From the NCBI GenBank assembly GCA_964543035.1, contig CAZIVL010000001.1, positions 367,736 to 431,735 of the forward strand: a DNA stretch of 64,000 nucleotides, written 5' to 3'. The notes under the pieces were generated by a model, which had not been told where the DNA came from, made no database searches, and was given only the letters and a program-made list of their open reading frames with translations. Made by a program: the position numbers and the translations under genes. Source of the DNA: an uncultured Gammaproteobacteria bacterium. Its GTDB lineage: Bacteria; Patescibacteriota; Microgenomatia; CAZETR01; Amesbacteraceae. Of the stretch, positions 58,491-64,000 are shown piece after piece. The first letter of the stretch is position 1; every line of letters begins with the position of its first letter.

Positions 58491-58506
58491 CCGAATGTTA
58501 CCCAAA
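58491..58506. promoter_or_regulatory. Candidate LexA operator in the lexA promoter spacer
   Basis: CCGAA-N6-CCAAA direct repeat between the minus-strand TTGACA and -10; related TTGAA-N6-CCGAA at 62082-62097 before uvrA. Confidence 0.55.
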
Positions 58507-58521
58507 TGTCAACACGCAATT

Positions 58522-58551
58522 TGTCATCCTGAACGACAGTGAAGGATCCAG
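58522..58551 (+). repeat. REP-like element, half copy, in the uvrB leader
   Basis: TGTCATCCTGAACGACAGTGAAGGATCCAG. Confidence 0.8.
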
Positions 58552-58561
58552 TTCAAAAACT

Positions 58562-60619
58562 ATGTTTAAATTAAAATCCAACTTCAAACCTACAGGAGAT
58601 CAGCCGGAGGCCATTACCAAGATTGTCCAAAATCTTGCATCTGGTGTAGACAATCAGGTGCTTCTAGGAGTCACAGGTTCTGGCAAGACTTTCACCATGG
58701 CCAATGTCATTGAGGCGTATAAGAAGCCGACTCTGATTATTTCTCACAACAAGACTCTGGCCGCCCAGCTCTATCAGGAGTTCAAAGACTTTTTTCCAGA
58801 CAACGCCGTTTCCTATTTTGTCTCTTACTACGATTATTATCAGCCAGAAGCCTATATCGCCTCCTCAGACACATATATAGAGAAGGAAACCGACATCAAT
58901 GACGAGATAGACAAATTGCGCCTCGCTGCCACGACCAATCTTCTCACTCGTCCGGACACCATCGTCATCGCCTCAGTCTCATGTATTTATAATCTAGGCT
59001 CTCCGGTCGAGTACGGCAAGACTATTTTGGAGCTCAAAGAGGGTCTAAAAGTGGGTAGGGACCAGATCTTGATGCGCTTAAACGAGCTGCAGTACACCCG
59101 CTCTGACTACGACTTTCATCGGGGTACTTATCGCGCCCGCGGTGATCTAATAGATATTTTCCCAGCTTACGAAGACGTCTGTATCCGTATTCATTATCAA
59201 TTAAATAAGATCATTCGCCTGGAAAAACTGAACCCATTGACAGGCGATGTCATCCCGACCAAGACCGTAGGTCGCGCGGAGGGATCCCTCGACTACGCTC
59301 GGGATGACAATAAAAATATCACCATCTATCCAGCCAAGCACTATATAGCTGCCAAAGACAATATCGAAGGTGTGCTTAAGCAGATTTATGACGATATGAC
59401 CATCCAGTACCAGCATTTGATTGATACCAACAAGCCTCTAGAAGCCCATCGCATCAAGCAGCGCGTGACCTACGATATCGAAATGATAAGAGAGCTGGGT
59501 TATGTAAATGGCATCGAAAATTATTCTCGCTATTTTGACGGTCGCAAGCCCGGCGACGCTCCCTACTCACTCTTAGATTATTTCCCCAAGGACTATTTAC
59601 TCATAGTAGACGAGTCGCATATCACCGTGCCTCAAGTCCGCGGTATGTACAACGGAGATCAAGCTCGAAAGAAAAATCTCATAGACTACGGCTTCCGTCT
59701 CCCATCTGCTCTTGATAACAGGCCACTTCGGTTTGACGAATTTATGCGCCGGATGGGCAAAACTGTATATGTGTCCGCTACCCCGGACGAATGGGAAGTC
59801 TCCCAAAGTGCAGGCGAGGTAGTAGAGCAGCTAGTCCGCCCCACGGGTCTCGTAGATCCCGAGATTATTGTCCGCCCGACCAAAGGCCAGATCACAGATC
59901 TGGAGGCGGAGATTGAGAAGAGGGTCGCCAAGGGTCAACGAGTTCTGGTCACTACTCTCACCAAGCGTATGGCCGAAGATCTGGCCAACTATTTGTCCGA
60001 ACATAGTATCAAGGTTCATTATCTTCATGCAGATATTGACACTTTAGAGCGGCTAGATATCTTGTCAGATCTCAGATCCGGCACTTACGACGTAGTCGTA
60101 GGTATCAACCTTTTGCGTGAAGGCCTGGACCTTCCCGAAGTTTCACTGGTGGCGATTCTAGATGCTGATAAAGAAGGTTTCTTGAGATCTCGCACCTCCC
60201 TCGTTCAGACCATGGGTAGGGCTGCTCGTCATGTGGAAGGCCAGGTCATCATGTATGCCGACCGAGTGACCGACTCCATGCGCCATGCTATAGATGAAGT
60301 TAGTCGCAGGCGTGAGTATCAGATCAGTTACAACACCGAGCATGGCATCACCCCGACTTCTATCCAAAAAGCCATTCGCGAGCGGATTGTCGAAAAGTCT
60401 GAGGATTCTCCCATCAAGTTTGATCCCAAACAGATTATTCGCGGCAAGATCGTAGATGCTGCCGATGTGGATATGTCCAAAGTCGAGCAGCTGTTGCCCG
60501 CAGACATGACCAAGCTGATCAAGATCATGACCCGTCAGATGCACACTGCGGCCAAAAACCTAGATTTTGAGACAGCGGCAAAAATCCGCGACCGCCTGCA
60601 AGACATAAAGTCTCTCTAA
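58562..60619 (+). CDS. uvrB: Excinuclease ABC subunit B
   Basis: GVTGSGKT, YDYYQPEAY, DESH, GINLLREGLD, C-terminal UVR domain. Confidence 0.97.
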   Translation: MFKLKSNFKPTGDQPEAITKIVQNLASGVDNQVLLGVTGSGKTFTMANVIEAYKKPTLIISHNKTLAAQLYQEFKDFFPDNAVSYFVSYYDYYQPEAYIASSDTYIEKETDINDEIDKLRLAATTNLLTRPDTIVIASVSCIYNLGSPVEYGKTILELKEGLKVGRDQILMRLNELQYTRSDYDFHRGTYRARGDLIDIFPAYEDVCIRIHYQLNKIIRLEKLNPLTGDVIPTKTVGRAEGSLDYARDDNKNITIYPAKHYIAAKDNIEGVLKQIYDDMTIQYQHLIDTNKPLEAHRIKQRVTYDIEMIRELGYVNGIENYSRYFDGRKPGDAPYSLLDYFPKDYLLIVDESHITVPQVRGMYNGDQARKKNLIDYGFRLPSALDNRPLRFDEFMRRMGKTVYVSATPDEWEVSQSAGEVVEQLVRPTGLVDPEIIVRPTKGQITDLEAEIEKRVAKGQRVLVTTLTKRMAEDLANYLSEHSIKVHYLHADIDTLERLDILSDLRSGTYDVVVGINLLREGLDLPEVSLVAILDADKEGFLRSRTSLVQTMGRAARHVEGQVIMYADRVTDSMRHAIDEVSRRREYQISYNTEHGITPTSIQKAIRERIVEKSEDSPIKFDPKQIIRGKIVDAADVDMSKVEQLLPADMTKLIKIMTRQMHTAAKNLDFETAAKIRDRLQDIKSL
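59248..59309. repeat. REP-like element, full copy, in frame within uvrB
   Basis: TGTCATCCCGA...TCGGGATGACA; encodes VIPTKTVGRAEGSLDYARDD. Confidence 0.85.
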
Positions 60620-60627
60620 GACCTTGT

Positions 60628-61089
60628 CTAATTCACTTTCTTTGAAACACCCCTGTTAATCCAATGAGTCAGAGCACCGTCGATGCCGGCATATGCGGTA
60701 AAAGCTACGGCATACATTCGCATGTTTACAGAAAGCTCGGGATCAATATCAAGGCCAATAAACTTCAGCACATCAGGTCCAGCAAGAGCAGTTGCAATGC
60801 CGAGAACAGTTCTGACAATAGTAACTACCTCATTCAGGCTCATAGTCTGTGTTGTATCGTACTCGGATTTTTTACCCTTTTTAAATTGGTTATAAGTATC
60901 CCAACTAACTGGACTCAATGGTCCAGCAACAATGTATGCCGCAGAAAATACCGCTTTTCCGACAAATCCAATAACCTTAGCAGCAGGTAACAACCTATCT
61001 TCATAAAGACTTTTTGCGGATCTTGATGCGTCAGTCAAATCTTCCTCGATACCATCTCTTAACACCTCGCGAAAGTTTTTGTTCTGCAT
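60628..61089 (-). CDS. Hypothetical membrane protein
   Basis: 153 aa; TAGAAT 6 nt upstream on the minus strand. Confidence 0.6.
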   Translation of the reverse strand: MQNKNFREVLRDGIEEDLTDASRSAKSLYEDRLLPAAKVIGFVGKAVFSAAYIVAGPLSPVSWDTYNQFKKGKKSEYDTTQTMSLNEVVTIVRTVLGIATALAGPDVLKFIGLDIDPELSVNMRMYAVAFTAYAGIDGALTHWINRGVSKKVN

Positions 61090-61447
61090 GCGTGGATTCT
61101 AGCACCTAGCGTAATTCTTAGCATATCAATACTTTGATCCGTAAAAAATTATGATATACTACAAGACATCAAAAGTTTATAACCAGTTGTAAAGAATTTC
61201 CACACATAACTACAGATCACCCAGACTATATCAAAGCAGAAGGAGTGAGTTTTTTTGCGCAATTACGCGCTCTCATGACCCGCGAGAAACAATGGAAAGG
61301 TGCAGGAAGCGAGAGCTGCATGTTTAAAGGACTTAAAGCTACTACTCGTGTGAGAAGTGGAAAATGTGGTGTTTGCAAAGTAATGGCAGACGTTCAATCA
61401 GTATCACAAACCTAAAATAGTCTTCCCCTCATGAACAAAATCCAAAA

Positions 61448-61786
61448 TTATATAGCCCGGGATTTTAAATACATTGCAAGTGGTACTCCGAGAATGTTCG
61501 CTATACCTTCAAGCAAGTAAAGCGACAACACAGTTCTCGCAATTGTGTCCAATGTGTCATGTACTGGCCCTTCTGGAACCACAGACAGTACCGCAGCGGC
61601 AAAAAAACCCATAACAAGCGGTCTCAATTCACCCAACAACATTCCCAACACCAAATTTGTTGACTCCTTAGATGTGAGCTGTCTGCCTTGGGCTGCATTA
61701 AATACTGATATAGAAAAAACGCTGATCGGAACTAGCGATGCTCCTAGCATTGTGAGACCATTTGCTTCAGACCTATTCTGAGACAT
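61448..61786 (-). CDS. Hypothetical membrane protein
   Basis: 112 aa hydrophobic; TAAAAT 6 nt upstream on the minus strand. Confidence 0.6.
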   Translation of the reverse strand: MSQNRSEANGLTMLGASLVPISVFSISVFNAAQGRQLTSKESTNLVLGMLLGELRPLVMGFFAAAVLSVVPEGPVHDTLDTIARTVLSLYLLEGIANILGVPLAMYLKSRAI

Positions 61787-61809
61787 TGTCCAATTTTATG
61801 GGTTGCTTT

Positions 61810-61884
61810 TAGAATTTTCAACACTCGTATGCACGAAGCTGCCAAAAAATCCGCGACCGCCTGCAAGACATCAAATCTTTGTAA
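61810..61884 (+). repeat. Diverged duplicate of the uvrB 3' end
   Basis: 27-nt exact match 61845-61871 = 60580-60606; encodes MHEAAK / KIRDRLQDIKSL*. Confidence 0.85.
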
Positions 61885-61926
61885 AAAGATCTTGACACGG
61901 TTTGCAAATCCTGGCATAAAAATCAG

Positions 61927-62085
61927 ATGCTGGTTGAATCCCTCTTTCAAAAACCTCCGCAACCACCAGTTATAAGACAACCTGAAAGACCACTTCCGTC
62001 TGTTATAAGACCTCCTCATCAAACACAACAAGTCCACAAAAAACACGTACCCCAGACCGGAAAAAGAAACCCACGCGGGTCTTGA
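61927..62085 (+). CDS. Possible 52-aa Pro/Gln-rich protein
   Basis: MLVESLFQKPPQPPVIRQP...; TTGACA at 61892; below the ORF-track cutoff. Confidence 0.4.
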   Translation: MLVESLFQKPPQPPVIRQPERPLPSVIRPPHQTQQVHKKHVPQTGKRNPRGS

Positions 62086-62124
62086 ACAAAACCCGAAGAG
62101 TGTATACAATAGTAAGTCGATTGT

Positions 62125-64000
62125 ATGCCAGATTATATAAAGATTAGAGGAGCCAGGGAGCACAATCTCAAGGGAGTTGACCTCGATATCCCCAAGAACA
62201 AATTGGTAGTTTTCACCGGCCTTTCTGGGTCTGGCAAATCCAGCATGGCCTTTGACACCATCTACGCCGAAGGTCAGAGGCGTTACGTGGAGTCCCTATC
62301 TTCCTACGCTCGTCAATTTTTGGGGGTTATGGACAAGCCCGATGTGGATCAGATCGAAGGATTGTCTCCTGCTATCTCCATCGATCAAAAGTCTGTCTCT
62401 CACAATCCCAGATCGACTGTGGGTACTGTCACCGAGATCTATGACTACATGCGCTTACTCTTTGCCCGTATTGGTCATCCCCATTGTCCTATCTGTGGTC
62501 GTGAGATCTCCCAGCAGTCCGCCCAGCAGATAGTAGACAAGATTGTGGCAGTCGCCAAAGATGAGATCAAGCTGACCAAGTCAGTTCGCTTTCTTCTTTT
62601 GTCGCCCATCATCAGAGATCGCAAGGGTGAGTTCAGAGACCTCTTTGGGTCACTACGCCAAAAAGGCTTCACCCAAGTCAGAATCGACGGCAAGATCATA
62701 GATCTGACCGAAGATATATTGCTACTCAAAAATAACAAACACACGATCGAAGTAGTAGTCGACAGGTTGGTCATCGACAAAAATCTACTGACAACTGACA
62801 ACTCACAACTGCGAACTCGATTATTTGACTCCATCGAGCACGCCCTCAAGCTCTCCGAAGGCATAGTGATCCTTTCCAAAGTGACGGACAAGTCATTTGA
62901 TATGCCAGCCAGGCCTACCCAGATGGAGGATCAGCTTTTTTCTCAGCGTTTTGCCTGTCCAGTGGACAATATTTCCCTGCCTGAGATTGAGCCTCGGTTA
63001 TTTTCTTTCAACTCGCCTCATGGCGCTTGTCCCACCTGTACAGGACTGGGGACTCTTCTCAAGATCGATGACAAGTTGATCCTCAATCCCAATCTGACTA
63101 TCTCCGAAGGCGGCATCCTCCCATATGCCAATACATTTACTTACGACTCATGGTTTGCCCAAAAAGTCGGCAAGTTCATAGATTTGCGAAAGCCCATTAA
63201 AGATTTGCCCAAAGAGGATCTCAAAGATCTTTTGTATGGCAATGAGTATTTTGAGGGCGTGATCCCAAATCTGGAGCGTCGGTACCGCCAGACCGAGTCA
63301 GAATATATAAGAACCGAGATCGAAAAATATATGCGCAAAGAAGTTTGTCCCACGTGTTCTGGTCAGCGCCTCAAGCCCGAAGCCTTGGGTATTACGATCA
63401 ATGATCTGTCCATAGTCGATGTCACTACCAAATCGATTTTGGGAGCTCTCACTTTTGCCCGGGATCTTGATGGTCTCATAGGTTCCGAAAGTATCATCGG
63501 CAAACCCATTCTCAAGGAGATCAAAGAGCGCTTGGGCTTTTTGGTCTCAGTGGGCCTCGACTATCTCACCCTCGATCGCACCGCCACGACTCTGGCCGGA
63601 GGCGAGTCCCAGCGTATTCGTCTGGCCTCTCAGATTGGTTCCGGCCTATCAGGAGTCCTCTATGTCTTGGACGAGCCGTCAATAGGCCTTCACCAGCGCG
63701 ACAATCAGCGTCTGATCGACACCCTGCATCATCTGCGTGACTTGGGCAACTCAGTGGTTGTAGTCGAGCACGACTCCGAGATGATGCTTCAGTCCGATTA
63801 TCTGGTCGATTTTGGTCCCAAAGCCGGTGAGCACGGTGGCAAGATCGTTGCCGAAGGCACGCCCGCTGAAGTTGTGGCCAATCCCAAATCTTTGACAGGT
63901 CAATATCTCTCCGGCAAAAAATCTATCCATGTCACATCTCCAACTGAGAAACTGAATAACTGGGATACTGCAAAACTATTGATAAAAGGCGTCACCGAGC
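62125..64000 (+). CDS. uvrA: Excinuclease ABC subunit A, 3'-truncated by the window edge
   Basis: MPDYIKIRGAREHNLK, GLSGSGKSS, zinc-finger CxxC, LAGGESQRIRLA, LDEPSIGLH. Confidence 0.97.
   Translation, partial: MPDYIKIRGAREHNLKGVDLDIPKNKLVVFTGLSGSGKSSMAFDTIYAEGQRRYVESLSSYARQFLGVMDKPDVDQIEGLSPAISIDQKSVSHNPRSTVGTVTEIYDYMRLLFARIGHPHCPICGREISQQSAQQIVDKIVAVAKDEIKLTKSVRFLLLSPIIRDRKGEFRDLFGSLRQKGFTQVRIDGKIIDLTEDILLLKNNKHTIEVVVDRLVIDKNLLTTDNSQLRTRLFDSIEHALKLSEGIVILSKVTDKSFDMPARPTQMEDQLFSQRFACPVDNISLPEIEPRLFSFNSPHGACPTCTGLGTLLKIDDKLILNPNLTISEGGILPYANTFTYDSWFAQKVGKFIDLRKPIKDLPKEDLKDLLYGNEYFEGVIPNLERRYRQTESEYIRTEIEKYMRKEVCPTCSGQRLKPEALGITINDLSIVDVTTKSILGALTFARDLDGLIGSESIIGKPILKEIKERLGFLVSVGLDYLTLDRTATTLAGGESQRIRLASQIGSGLSGVLYVLDEPSIGLHQRDNQRLIDTLHHLRDLGNSVVVVEHDSEMMLQSDYLVDFGPKAGEHGGKIVAEGTPAEVVANPKSLTGQYLSGKKSIHVTSPTEKLNNWDTAKLLIKGVTE

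Noticed and set aside
61744-62163. 139-aa minus-strand ORF
   Set aside because: Overlaps the uvrA start and promoter and the uvrB-tail duplicate; no motifs.

Overview
Bacterial chromosome segment. Gene content and compaction suggest a CPR/Patescibacteria (Microgenomates-like) genome; this is inferred, not established. It holds a surface-glycan cluster (methyltransferases, GT4/GT2, O-antigen ligase-like), five tRNAs (Thr, Gly, Asp, Lys, Glu) and housekeeping genes (polX, lemA-htpX, clpB, gatCAB, dnaE, rplS, ruvC, nrdR, dcd, a PMM-PGI/PMI fusion, ppsA, eno, gpmI, rsmI, lexA, uvrB, partial uvrA), interspersed with short orphan ORFs. No CRISPR, rRNA, integrase or transposase is visible. The most unusual signals are below gene scale. 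(1) tRNA-Lys and tRNA-Glu are each followed by a degenerate copy of themselves in which the tRNA loops carry inserted branched hairpins. (2) At least 14 heptamer (NNNNNAC) tandem tracts lie in frame inside coding genes. (3) A GTCAT...ATGAC palindromic element occurs six times, twice in frame within genes. (4) Leaderless-type promoters are common, and two divergent gene pairs have start codons that touch or overlap. (5) There is a deleted DUF559 nuclease relic with its hairpin, and an islet bounded by a duplicated uvrB 3' end. All calls come from reading the sequence; no database searches were run.
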